From contig OX597821.1 of the NCBI GenBank assembly GCA_951406725.2, forward strand, positions 95,666,001 through 95,730,000: a DNA stretch of 64,000 nt. Reading direction: 5' to 3'. The translations under genes were made by a program, and so were the position numbers. The notes beneath the pieces are model-generated. The model was not told the DNA's origin, ran no database searches, and was given only the letters and a program-made list of their open reading frames with translations. Of the stretch, positions 12,610 to 25,079 are shown in pieces (positions within the stretch are counted from its first letter, which is position 1; the number at the start of each line of letters is the position of its first letter). Source of the DNA: Octopus vulgaris (lineage: Eukaryota).

Positions 12610-14405
12610 CAACAAAATTTTATATCTTGACCATAGCATAGAGTTACCCAAAGTTTCACATCCATAAAGCCAAAGCCTTGTGGACAGCTCGTGAGACTAT
12701 ATAAAAAGACAAATTTTTTAAAATTTCTACATTGCGGATGTGAAGAAATACATCTTAACAAAAGAAAAAAGGGTAATGAGGACGGGTTATTTCCCCTGAG
12801 CCAGAGGTAAAAAAAAAACAATTCTCTTGTCACCACCCTACTGTTTTTAAGAACCTTGTGAAAGGTGTAAGCAAGAGGATCTTGAATCTATCCTTGAGAC
12901 AAGATATCTTTGATGCTGCTGCCCCCTACTTCAATGATGCACTGGCATTGAGTGGATTTAAGGACTGTATCTCCCACATGCCTGGCCCTAGCACCTGGAC
13001 AAGGAGGCATTGAAAAAATGTCATTTGGTTTGCTCTGCCATTCTTGCTCAATGTCAAGATTTTCCTTAGATTGATACACAAACATACAGGCATTTATTTA
13101 ACAGACACAACATAAGAGTCTCCTTTAGTTGTGCACCTAACATGAAAACATTTTAACAAGTACCTAGAGTACAGGGGAGGAGGCAGGTTGCTCTTTCAGG
13201 GTATATAATAATTGTCCAGTAGGAGGCGGATAAAAGGTTGAAGGAGTAATCTATGAGGCTCATGTGATACCTAGACCTGCTAACAGCAGTAACAGCATTG
13301 TAGCATCCAACAGCAGATTAACCAGACTCACACCAATACAATTGCTACACCCAGAGATAATAACCAGTCCGGGACCAGCATCACAGAGAGCGTCACCAAT
13401 GAGCCCTGTACCACCACCACAGATAATGAACATAGACACAGATAAAATGACCAGGCTTGCAATGTATGTTACCACCAGTATAATCACTGCATCTAGAAAT
13501 GATGACCAATCCAGGACCAACAACATGGAGGAGGAAGTATTTGCTGTTCCCAGTACTGTCACCACCATGGATGATGACCAAATACTTAGTTTTGACACCA
13601 ATGGGATGACCAGCCCCAAACCATATGTTACCAGGGGTGCGATTAGGGCCACAGCCCATCATCATCGTTTAACGTCCGTTTTCCGCGCTAGCACGGGTTG
13701 GACAGTTCGACTGGGGTCTGGGAAGCCAGGGCTGCACCAGGCTCCAGTCTGATCTGGCAGTGTTTCTACAACTGGATGCCCTTCCTAATGCCAACCACTC
13801 CGCGAGTGTAGTGGGTGCTTTTTACATGCCACCTGCACAGGTCTGGCATCGGCCATGACTGTAAATATATTGGATCTGCGAGTACTTCCTTCAAGCGACA
13901 TTTTCTTAACCTCCAGTCATCCTTCAGAGTCCCTAAAAGATGGCCCACCATGTGCGTCACTTCAAAGATGAAGGGACTCCGTGTGACATCATGTGAACAT
14001 TAATTGATCATCTGGGCCCATATATTAAAGGAAGTGGTTGTTGCAAGATCTGCATCGCAGAGAGATCCTAAATTCTTAAGGACTGTACAAAAACCTGGCA
14101 TGTTAAATAGTCGGAAAGAAGTGTTTTCTAAACGTGTCCACTACTTACTGGAAAATTGGATCTCCCCATTTGTTAGTTAGGCCTTCTTGGGTCTATAAGA
14201 GTTGTTTTTTTATCTCTGGTTCAGGGGAAATTACCGGTTTTTAATCAAGATGTATTTCTCATCCAAGTGTTTCCTTAATTCTGTGATGTAGAAATTAAAA
14301 ACTTTTTGCTCTTTTATATAGAGTCTGATAAGCTGTCCTGATGGTTTTAGCTTTGTGCTTACAAAACCTTGGGTAACTCTACGTCCAAGATATAAAATTT
14401 TGTTA
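12610..14405. mobile_element. Decayed Penelope-like fragment bounded by diverged ~120-bp inverted repeats
   Basis: 12610-12735 and 14285-14405 are diverged reverse complements (acaaaattttatatcttg...gagttaccca...ggacagct...tttctacat). Each holds a mutated hammerhead motif. Flanked by (TA)n; a SINE is inserted at ~13658. Confidence 0.55.
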
Positions 14406-14887
14406 TAAAATATATATGTATATATCACCGTGACCGACCAGGCTATCAGATTTTGTTACACATCGCTGGTCACAATGCGCTTCACATTGTTTTAGCCTTC
14501 AAATGACGCCACCCCGCTGGCTAAATGAGCTGGCCAACAGAAGAAAGAGCGAGAGAAAGTTGTGGCAGTGATCGCCACCACCCCCTGCCGGAGCCTCGTG
14601 GAGCTTTAGGTGTTTTTGCTCAATAAACACTCACAACGCCCGGTCTGGGAATCGAAACCACGATCCTACGACCGCGAGTCCGCTGCCCTAACCACTGGGC
14701 CATTGCGCTTCCACATATATATATATATACATATATATGTATATATACATATATATGTATATATATATAGAAGTAAATATATGGCACAACGAAGTACTGG
14801 TATTTACTGGAAAATAGCGAACGTAATAAATACGACGCTAATGTATAGCGAACTGGAAAGCAATACTCTAGTATTGCATTACTATTT

Positions 14888-14932
<45 letters not shown>

Positions 14933-15274
14933 CGTAATGACCGTGACCGACCAGGCTATCAGATTTTGTTACACATCACTGGTCACAACGTGCTTCGCAT
15001 TGTTTTAGCCTTCAAATGACGCCACCCCGCTGGCTAAGTGAGCTGGCCAACAGAAAAAAGAGTGAGAGAAAGTTGTGGCGAAAAAGTACAGCAGTGATTG
15101 CCACCATCCCTGCTGGAGCCTCGTGGTGCTTTAGGTGTTTTTGCTCAATAAACACTCACAACGCCTTGTCTGGAAATCAAAACCATGATCCTACAACTGC
15201 GAGTCCACTGCCCTAACTACTGGGCCATTGTACCTCCACATATACATGAATACATGTATATATATATATATACT

Positions 15275-16370
15275 CAAAATAAACAACAAGAATGACTCTG
15301 GTAATTTGGTACAATTGTTTCGCACTACATCATTTTATTAAATGTTGTAAGTATTACAACAGATTTAAGATGCCGAGTACTCATCAGCCAATTATAGAGG
15401 TTTTCCATTAATACAAAAGTTTTCAAATCAAGTGGCAACATTATAGAGAAGGTAGATATACAGACAAAGATGTAGATTTAAATTTTAAGAACATATGATG
15501 TAGTGAAGTCCAACCAGTGACTGACCAAGCTATGGCTGTACCTAACTGCTATAAGGTTAGAAGTAATAAAGATTTTTTTAATAGTAGGAATGGGGTAAAG
15601 GAGGTTTCAGAATACCATATAAGGAATTCATGTTGAAGACAGTAGTTGCCACTAACAAAATGCCAATTACTACTATTTGGTGAGAGAAACTTGGTCAATG
15701 TCAAATGGTCATTAATCCCATTTACAGAGAGTGTAAATTAGAGAAAAAAAGGGAAAAAAACCTATCACTTATTATTATGAGTAGGCATAGTATTTTATAA
15801 CTGGGGGAAAGCCTTATTAATTTTAAAGCTAGATTAGATTTAGAAGAAATTCCAATTTCAAGTTTGCAGTGAAATTTTTTTAGTCATCTATGAAAGTTAA
15901 ATTGAAAGCTAGTATAGTATATTTCTTCTTATTATTATAAAAAGTTAAAAGTTTAAAAATATAGGAATACTCACAATTTTTATATAAATTATTTAAATGT
16001 TTGGGTTGTGGAATGTATACAAGATTCTCCCAACTCCAGACGATTATTCAACAGATTTATATTACTCTGATGTTTCAAAATTTCATAAGTTTCCATAGAA
16101 CAAAGTTGACAACCTTCCCTGCTATTTCTATAAGGTTTTGCCCTTCTAACTATATCCCATTTTAGGTTGAATACTATATTATTTGTTTTTAGTTCCCAAA
16201 TTTTGCTAGATTGTGTTGTGTAACCTGCCTTATGTTTGAGTCTAAAAGAGGAAAAATGATTCTTAAGACGTCTTTTAAGATCCACCGAACATCCGAAATA
16301 AAGAAAGCTATTGTTAGAAGTTATTATCGTGCATTTATAAATTACGTTTTCATTCGAATCTAAATTTTTG
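15275..16370 (-). mobile_element. 5'-truncated Penelope-like retroelement: GIY-YIG endonuclease (15989-~16370) plus 3' pLTR with hammerhead
   Basis: Peptide NVIYKC...LYFGCS..LKRRLKNHFSSF...CQLCSMETYEIL...LLNNRLELGESCIH is a GIY-YIG domain of the Penelope type with a C-terminal CxxC...CxH. Both ends sit in (TA)n. Confidence 0.85.
15303..15393 (-). ncRNA. Type-I hammerhead ribozyme motif with intact core and long stem II
   Basis: Minus strand: aattgg-CTGATGA-gtact...agtgc-GAAA-caattg-TA-ccaaatt. GUA cleavage triplet, palindromic CAATTG stem III. Lies ~600 nt downstream of a GIY-YIG ORF on the same strand. Confidence 0.8.
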
Positions 16371-17607
16371 CTATATATATATACATACACACATATATGC
16401 ATATGTATTATATATTATATATAATATATATATGCACACACACATATATATGTACATAGAAAGCCTTGTAGATCAAGGCTGACCCTGGCATTAAACATCA
16501 GTAACAACAAAGAGTAAAGATAAAATGTGAATTTCTTTGTGAAGAAGAGAAATAACAGGCTTTTTGGAATAAAAACAAAAATTCATTTTATTTTGGAATG
16601 TTATTTAATTAGCATTTCCCACATCCTTCAAATGTGAGAAGTGCAATTTACGAGCAACATTTCGTTGTTAGTTTATTATGATGAACTGAAAACTATGAAT
16701 ATGAGTAGGTGATGGGGTATAAGGGTATTTTATGTTAACTGGTACCAGTCATTACAACCGATCAGTCCAACGTTGAATTGATTCACAAATGTATTATATA
16801 TGCAGGCATTGCAGTCTGGTTATGAAGTTTACTTTACAATTACCTGGTGCTGAATTTGCTCCTATTGTGCAGCACATTGCACAAGTGTCACCTGTCTGCA
16901 CTGGATTGACCAATGCCTTATTAGTATTGAAGCCTATTGTAGGAATTTCAACCATGTTTCATGGTCTGCTACCACAACAGCTCCTTTATAGGATCCAGTT
17001 AGCTCTAGACATCATCAGGAGAAACCACGTCCGGTTTCGGCCTCTACTCCTCTACCGTTTTGACTGGCGGGGCCCCATCCTTTCGGAGGTGTCTTCAGCT
17101 CTGGTGTTGAGTGCATGTCTTCTTTCTCCTTCTTTCTTCTGTTCCCTGGCCTCTTCGATGTAGCATCAACGAGTGTCAGTGGGCGACTGACTGTCTTATC
17201 AAATATCCCTTTAAATACCTGCTGCTAGGCTCCAGCAAGCAGCCCCAGCAAGTTGTCATGTAACACTGTCTAAACTTTAACTGACCAATTGTGGGTTTAT
17301 ATATACTGTGATTATGTCTACCAGTGTAAATTGCTATGTCAAGTTATGTCCTCTTTTTGTCCAAAAACAATAACCTAACCTTTCAATAAACAGAGATCAA
17401 TAAAATAACTCAGTCTGAAACAGTTGAAGACAAAACTCTAGCATAATCAAAGTGGAATGACTGATACCAGTAATATATATATATATATTAATGGCTTTTG
17501 TAAACATTGATGAGAAATGAACTAGAGTTAACCAAGAAATATTTAGGTTGAGTTGCATCAGTGAATAACAAATTTGATGTTTTAAAGGGTAAAATGTGTT
17601 GTGTTTG

Positions 17608-17643
<36 letters not shown>

Positions 17644-18699
17644 TGTGTCTGCATAAATGTATGTGCACAATATATTCTTCACTTGTCTATTGTTCTTATT
17701 CTATGTCCATTGTCTGAAATCTTAGTCACACACTTGTGACCTCTTCAGTGACTCTCCATCCCAGGTGTTTCCTGTTCTGGTCAATCCATTCTGTCTATCT
17801 ATGGTGTATACCCTTGCACATGCATTTGTGTCTGTATCTGTGTGTTTGTGCATGCATATGTGCACGTACGCATCACTATGTCTTTTGTATGTGTATCATC
17901 ATCATCATCGTTTAATGTCCGCTTTCCATGTTAGCATGGGTTGGACGGTTCGACCGGGGTCTGGGCAGCCCGACGGCTGCATCAGGCTCCAGTCTGATCT
18001 GGCAATGTTTCTACAGCTGGATGCCCTTCCTAATGCCAACCACTCCGTGAGAGTAGTGGGTGGTTTTTACATGCCACCAGCACCGTATGCATATGGGTTT
18101 GCTCACTATACTGTTTACATCAATATTTTTTATTCATTTATTTATTTTCTTATATATCTCTCTCTTTTTTCTCCATTTCATCTTAAGTATGTGTGTCTTT
18201 TGTGTGTGTGTGTGTATAGGTTTATATATTTTGCTGTTTGCTTGCTACATGCCCTCTCCCCATTGTAAGTTGTCTTGTTCTGCACCGTCCTTCTATACTT
18301 ACTTGTACTTGTGATGGCATTCACCCAGGGCAGGTTGAGCCAGCTACTCTAAAGTCCAACCCCTCTTCAAAGCGGTAGGGTGGTGTAAACGGGCAATGTC
18401 AGAGCAATGCTGGTGGGAACTTCGGTTTTCCCAAGGTGGATTGATTTGGCACCGAGCGGTATTAGGGCCACAGCCTGGCCAACGGGGTTCTAGTGAAAAT
18501 TCCAAGAGGCATCTGATCAGCAGCCGGCGGCTTCGAGGTTGTTCTGACCCTGTGTCAGTGGAGACTCCACAGCAAACAGGGCATCCCATCACTCGGGATA
18601 TGCATGCAGGATGTCAGGGACCGCTTGTGAATTCAATATTCCCACAAAACTTCTATGAATCCTACTACTACTGTGGCACCGTCCTTCTATAACTACATA

Positions 18700-19530
18700 G
18701 AAGGAATGTTCTGTAGACTACATTCCTAATCTTACAGTTAATTTGTGGGTTCATCCTACATACTTTACAGTTATTCTCTGTACATGGGGACCTATTGAAT
18801 GGTTATGTTTTACAGATCAAGGATTTTATGGGGGTTCCTGACCTTTCTGCTACTTTAATCCATAGATTTACTCTATCTAATGCTTTCCTAAAAAGACACA
18901 CTAGTTTGCCACCAGGGATAACATCAACGAACATGACTCTGGTATTTTTGGTTGTCATACCATGAGTAGGCTTTACCTATCTTCCTTTTGGTACTTTCTA
19001 TGCTGTTCCAGAGCATTTACTGCTGTATAGCAAACAGATTCCATTTGCATCATTCTCTAAAATGACATTGTACTTAACCCAGGCTCCTTTGTTCACTTTA
19101 ATGCTGTCCATTTGGCTGCAGCCAGAGAACTGCATGTAGTGGTTGAAGTGTTGTATGTGTCTTTCCAATTCTGTTGGGTTACATGATAGGACACATTTCT
19201 CATCACTCTTACCAAATCAGCTCTTAGGATATTGAACTTGGCATTGTCTGCAATAGTTGTGTTCTTGTGAGCCAGGTATTTAGAGGCCATGGCTTTGGCA
19301 TAGAGGGAATGAAGGATCTGGACCTTATCATTCTTAGCTTCCTGCCAGAGTTTCGTGTCTAAGATCAGAAGCCTGTAGTTAGGTTGCTTGCTAACATAAT
19401 CTGCTGTTACCTTAATGGAGTTAGCTATTTGGTGGATGCTCTCCATAGTGCTAGCTTATAGTTCATAGACACTGTCTTGTGGGGGTGCTTTAGCCACTAT
19501 GTTCAAATCATCCATATATTGAGAGTACAT
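18700..19530 (-). mobile_element. Penelope-like reverse transcriptase remnant
   Basis: Minus-strand YSQYMDDLNIV (RT YxDD motif), then SIKVTADY...LLILDTKLW...HSLYAKAMAS...ADLVRVMRN, resembling the RT thumb of Penelope-like elements. Contains stops and frameshifts. Confidence 0.7.
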
Positions 19531-21108
19531 ACAAAAGACATAGAAACATGTACATACATATGCACACACACACACACACACAAACACACACAGATATAGA
19601 GCAAATGAATGTGCAGCTAAGGATATACACCATAGGAAGAGAAAATGAGCTAAACAGAACAGGAGGAGACATGTGGGATGGAGAGTTGTTGATGAGGTCA
19701 CATGTGTGTGACAAAAGATTTAAGACAATGGACATAGAACATAGAATAAGAACAATAAACAAGTGAAGAATGAATATATAGTGCATATACTTATTTAACA
19801 AGAAAAAAATGACCATCGCAATACCTGTTTCAACACACAATTCCACATCAGGAATTTTGCAAAACAAATTCATCATCATCATCATCATCATCATCATCGT
19901 TTAGCGTCCGCTTTCCATGGTAGCATGGGTTGGACGGTTCAACTGGGGTCTGTGAAGCCAGAAGGCTGCACCAGGCCCAGTCTGATCTGGCAGTGTTTCT
20001 ATGGTTGGATGCCCTTCCTAACGCCAACCACTCCGTGAGTGTAGTGGGTGCTTTTTACGTGCCACCCACACAGGTGCCAGACAGAGCTGGCAAACGGCCA
20101 CGGACAGATGGTGCTGTTTATGTGCCACCTGCATGGGGGCCAGGCGAGGCTGGCAACGGCCACGAACGGATGGTACTTTTTACGTGTCACCGGCACGGAG
20201 GCCAGTCGGGGCGGCGCTGGCAACGGCCACGATCGGATGGTTCGCTTACTTGCGAGGACTTGTTATCATATACATTTTTTTTTTATTTTGTTTGTAAATG
20301 ACAAAAATTTGCAGTTTTATTGTTATCATAATAACTTTCTGCTCCAGTTGTTGATATGCTGCTCACTCACTCACTCACTCATTCACTCTCTATTTTTTTT
20401 ATACTTCTCCTTGCACCTTCTCTCTCTCATTACCTTTGTCCTTTATTTTCCCTCTATGGGCATGACCCACAAGAAACGCAATGCATTTTATTGTATGTCA
20501 GGTTAAATGTGTCTGTGTGTGGTGTCTATGTATGTAAAGCTGATATAGTTTCCGAAAAAATTTTACATTCAAGTTAAAAGACTGGTGACTCCAGAGCTCG
20601 TTACAGTTCACCTGCATTTAACACCTCTGACCACCACTCACTCTCACTCCATTGGTTGTTTTAGTATCACTCTCTGAGCATGTCTAGTAGGACACATATT
20701 GAATTCATTCTATGTAAAACCAATATAAAAGAGAAAGAGAGAATGTATATGTGTGATCAAGTAGGTGAGATAAAGTGGATGAGTAAGTGGGTGGGACAGA
20801 ATAAATGAGAGAGAAAGTGGGTGGAACAGAATGAATAAGAGAGTGAGAGAGAGTGGGCAGGACAGAATGGATGAGAGAGAAAGACAGAGAGGTGGGGCAG
20901 AACAATGGAAGAGAGAAAATGAAAGAGGTAGAAAGGTGTAACAGTGTGTTAGTAACGCTTTAGTTTGTTCATAGATGAATTGTACACAGGCCAACATCTT
21001 GTAACACTATTATATGATACTTGACCAGTCTATCGTTTTGACTTTTTAGAATATATTTACAAACAACAGTACTCAGTTTTTAGCTTTTTAAGCTGTGATT
21101 TTCTCATA

Positions 21109-21633
21109 ATGGCAGCTACATTTTTTGTTATTAAATTGCCAAAGCAAGAATCATGTTTGTCAAAACTTGAACGGAGCACTTCATCAAGTTCTGAGCTGTT
21201 GTTAGAAACCACACCTAACTCTGATTTATTATTAGGGGATAACACCACTCGTTCTTTTAATAATAATGTTTCTTCCACAAAGCTTTGTGAAACACCCAAA
21301 ATTGGCTCTCCAAAATCAAGCAATGACAACACTATTACAACTCTGGTTTCTAACAATATTGATGTTTTGGATCAGGAGTACAGCAGATTGACAGGAAACG
21401 ATGATGTTGACATGCAAATCAAAATCAGTGGTTTGGACATTAAAGGTCAGGATAACAATAAAACAATGGCTCTCTCAAGTTCCGTATTAGGTAACTTGAG
21501 TAAGGTGCCACCTCAGCTGGGTGCAAATTCTCAAGGTCAAATAGCAAAACCACAGAATAGATTCCAAGTAACACCTATAGAAGAACCTGGACATGAAATG
21601 CTGGATTTTATCCCTAAGGAAACTCCTGAAACG
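21109..21633 (+). CDS. DUF389-family membrane protein, first coding exon (175 aa, Ser/Asn/Thr-rich N-terminus with RFQV motif)
   Basis: Long non-repeat ORF starting ataATGG, ACG|gtaaga donor, phase 0 compatible with exon 34796. A probable acceptor at 21049 implies an upstream 5'UTR exon. The link across the 13-kb intron is inferred. Confidence 0.75.
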
Positions 21634-22395
21634 GTAAGAGAAATATTTTTTCTTTTTGGTAGACCTTAAGTTTTTGACACCAAACTCCAACAGGTGCATG
21701 ACGATATGTCTATATATGCTGACATATAAATATACATACTTATATTCATACAGTGAAGGTGTGTGGCTTAGTGAGTTGCACTTATGATTTCAAGATTATG
21801 GTTTCAATTCTTGGACCAGGCAATTTGTTGTGTTGTTGAGCAAAACACTTCCTTTGATATAACTCCAGTCTACTCAGATGGCAAAAATGTGTGTGTGTGT
21901 GTGTGTGTAGTCTGTTCTTTTATTCTTTCATTTGTTTCATTCATTTAACTGTGGCTATGCTGGAGCACCACCTTAAAGAAATAAACCCCAGGACTTATTC
22001 TTTGTAAGCCTAGTTCTTATTTTATTGGTCATTTTTGCCAAATTGCTAAGTTACGGGGATGTAAACACACCAACATCAGTTGTCAAGCAATGGTGGTGGG
22101 GACAAACACAGACAAAGACACACACATGTACACACACAAATATATACATACACACACATATATATATATACACAACAGACGTCTTTCAGTTTCTCTCTAC
22201 CAAATCCACTCACAAGGCTTTGGTTTGCTCGAGGCTGTACTAGAAGACACTTGCTCAAGGTGCTATGCAGTGGAACTGAACCTGGAACCATGTGGTTGGG
22301 AAGCAAGCTTCTTACCCCACAGCCACGCCTGTACCTATCTACTATCTATCTATCTATCTATCTATATATATATATATATTTATATATATATACAT

Positions 22396-22432
<37 letters not shown>

Positions 22433-22542
22433 CACACACATTATATATATATATATATAATAATAAATATTAGGGAATAAATCCAAATTTACAAGGAAAA
22501 ATCAGATTTAAGATTGAATCCAATTTATAGTAAAATATTATA

Positions 22543-22875
22543 TTATAATAAATTAGAGACAAAACCACTATTATGCAAATCAAACAAAGAAAGACTTAAG
22601 CCAATACATAAAATAATTTATATAAATTAAAATTTAACAAATGTATAACCACTACGATCGTTTCATGTCAGCACATCTTAGACATTCTTCAGGTGGTTTC
22701 TAAACCTTCTTAGCGAGTTATAAACTATGAAGTCATAACTTCATAGATGTGCTGACACGAAACGATTGTAGTGGTTATACATTTGTTAAATTTTAATTTA
22801 TATAAATTATTTTATGTATTGGCTTAAGTCGTCTTTCTTTGTTTGATTTGCATAATAGTGGTTTTGTCTCTAATT

Positions 22876-22880
<5 letters not shown>
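22543..22880. repeat. ~135-bp inverted repeat (Penelope-like pLTR fold-back) between (TA)n tracts
   Basis: 22543-22678 is nearly the reverse complement of 22745-22880. Confidence 0.85.
22647..22698 (-). ncRNA. Minimal type-I hammerhead ribozyme motif, apparently intact
   Basis: Minus strand: aaccac-CTGAAGA-atgtc(taagatgtgct)gacat-GAAA-cgatcg-TA-gtggtt. 6-bp stem I, 5-bp stem II, palindromic stem III, GUA triplet. Confidence 0.85.
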
Positions 22881-22920
<40 letters not shown>

Positions 22921-22966
22921 CATACATACATACATACATACATACATACATACATACATACATACA

Positions 22967-22997
<31 letters not shown>

Positions 22998-23164
22998 GGA
23001 TCTTTCCTTCTCCTATGTTTCCGCCGAAGAGATCTGCTTGAAACGTTAAACCCTCCTTCTTTCCTGAGCATCCAATAATACTATATTTGTTCCATGTCCT
23101 CGCGTTGTTGTGTTTTTTTGTGCTTTCATGTTTGGATTAACTTTATATACATACATACATACAT

Positions 23165-23247
<83 letters not shown>

Positions 23248-23761
23248 GAAATATATAGTAAAAGAAAAGACGAAGACAGGTGACTAAACAACAAGCAGGT
23301 GTATTAGTTTGACACTCAGGAAGGTGATATATATATATATATATATATCTTGAGCGCTACAGCTAACACGTAACCCAGTACAACCTGTTGCATGGTCAGG
23401 TCATTGGCGACTAAATTGGTAACCCCACCAAGCTTACTTGGTGAGGAGGGTGATTGTTGGATATCTTGCAAGATGAAATGTAAGGCCTGTTAAAGGGTGG
23501 AAGAACTCATGTGTAATCAACAGTCAGCCAACATTAAGTATAAATAGTTGCGTATGTATTTGTACATATGCGTTATATATTTATATATATTTTTATATAT
23601 CTTTTTTTTATATATCTTTCTATATATTTACATATATATATTTATATATCATTTTTATTTTATTTATATTCTTAATTTTGAGTTTATTTATTTTTTATTT
23701 AAAACAAACCTTTTGAATTGTAAAAATTTCAAATTTTATATCTTTTTTTTATGTATAGATA

Positions 23762-25036
23762 CAAGAGTTGGACAAAATAATGGAAACACCTAACAACATA
23801 GCATCATAATTTTGAAATATCTATAAAAACCATCAAAAGCTTGTTTATTTTTTATATTTTTTGATTTATTATTAGTGTTGCTTAATATGTTTTGCTAAAA
23901 TTGCTGTTTCTTTGCAGATATCATCAGAAAACGGTAATTAAAATTCATTAAAATGACAGATCTATTGAACTTTCAAAGAGGTTAAATTGGTGGTGCTCGT
24001 ATGGCAGGTGCTAGCATAACAAAAGCAGTCGAAATGTTTTGTGTATCAAGAAATACTGTCACAAAAGTAATGACACACTTTGAAAAAGAGGGAAAAACTT
24101 CTTCGGTGAAACAAAACTCTGGAAGGAAACCAAGCTTTCAGATAGGGACTGTCGGACTCTTACACAAATTGTTAGAATGGATCAGAAAAGTACAGCTCCA
24201 AAAATTGCTGTAGAGCCTAATGACCACATTGAGAACCCAGTTCCATGAAAACTGTTTGCTGGGAGCTGCACAAAGCCGGATTTCATGGGAGGGTTGCAAT
24301 CAGAAAACCACTACTTTCAAAAACAAACTTTGCAAAGTGTTTAGAGTGGAGTAAAATTCTACAGAATTGGTCCCTAGAGCAGTGGAAGAATGTTATTTTC
24401 TCAGATAAGTCATCCTTTACCCTATTTCCAACCACCGGCCGAGTATATGTATGGAGACAGCCAAAAGAAGCATTTGACCCAGATTGCCTTCTTCCAACTG
24501 TTAAACATGGAGGAGGATCTGTAATGATCTAGGGGGCTATATCTTGGAAATCCACCGGCCCAATGGTTTCCCTTCATGGCAGAATTAATAGTCAAGACTA
24601 TTTAAGCATTTTATTTGATCAAATTCATCCTATGGTTGTGGACCTGTTTCCAGAGGGAAACACAATCTTTCAAGATGATAATGCACCAATTCACACACCT
24701 CAAGTTGTTGCTGCATAGCATGAGGAACATTCTAGTGAAGTTGAACATCCTATCTGGCCAACACAGTCCCCAGATCTCAATATTACTGAACATTTATGGT
24801 GCATTTTAGAAAAAAAAAAGTAAGGAGTCAATATCCTCCACCATCATCGCTACAAGAACTGGAGACTGTTTTAGCTGAAGAATGGACAAAAATTCCTTTG
24901 GAAACATTTCAAACTTTGTACGAGTCCATACCTTGTTGAATTCAAGCTGTAATTACTGCCAAAAGCTGTCCTATCCCATATTAAAATATATTTGTTTGAA
25001 ATTTTAAAGTGTTTCCATTATTTTGTCCAACCCCTG
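23762..25036 (+). mobile_element. Full-length but inactivated Tc1-like transposon with DD36E spacing
   Basis: TIRs caagagttggacaaaataatggaaacac / gtgtttccattattttgtccaacccctg with TA target duplication. Transposase ~23952-24983 has FSDKS, FQDDNA and SPDLNITE, plus several stops and frameshifts. Confidence 0.92.
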
Positions 25037-25079
25037 TATGTATATATTTTTTCTGTGTGTGTGTCGGTGGGTAGATGAG

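Noticed and set aside
13260-13752. 162-aa and 130-aa overlapping ORFs as a novel gene
   Set aside because: Low complexity, no recognisable domain or splice context, inside a decayed element and running into a SINE.
16789-17163. 124-aa ORF, or a protamine-like gene on the minus strand
   Set aside because: No recognisable domain. The minus-strand ATG frame stops after about 23 codons, and the region is better explained as repeat-derived.
23017-23052. Hammerhead-like CCGAAGA...GAAAcgtTA
   Set aside because: U4 is changed and stems I and II pair poorly in this copy. Possibly a decayed family member, but not supportable alone.
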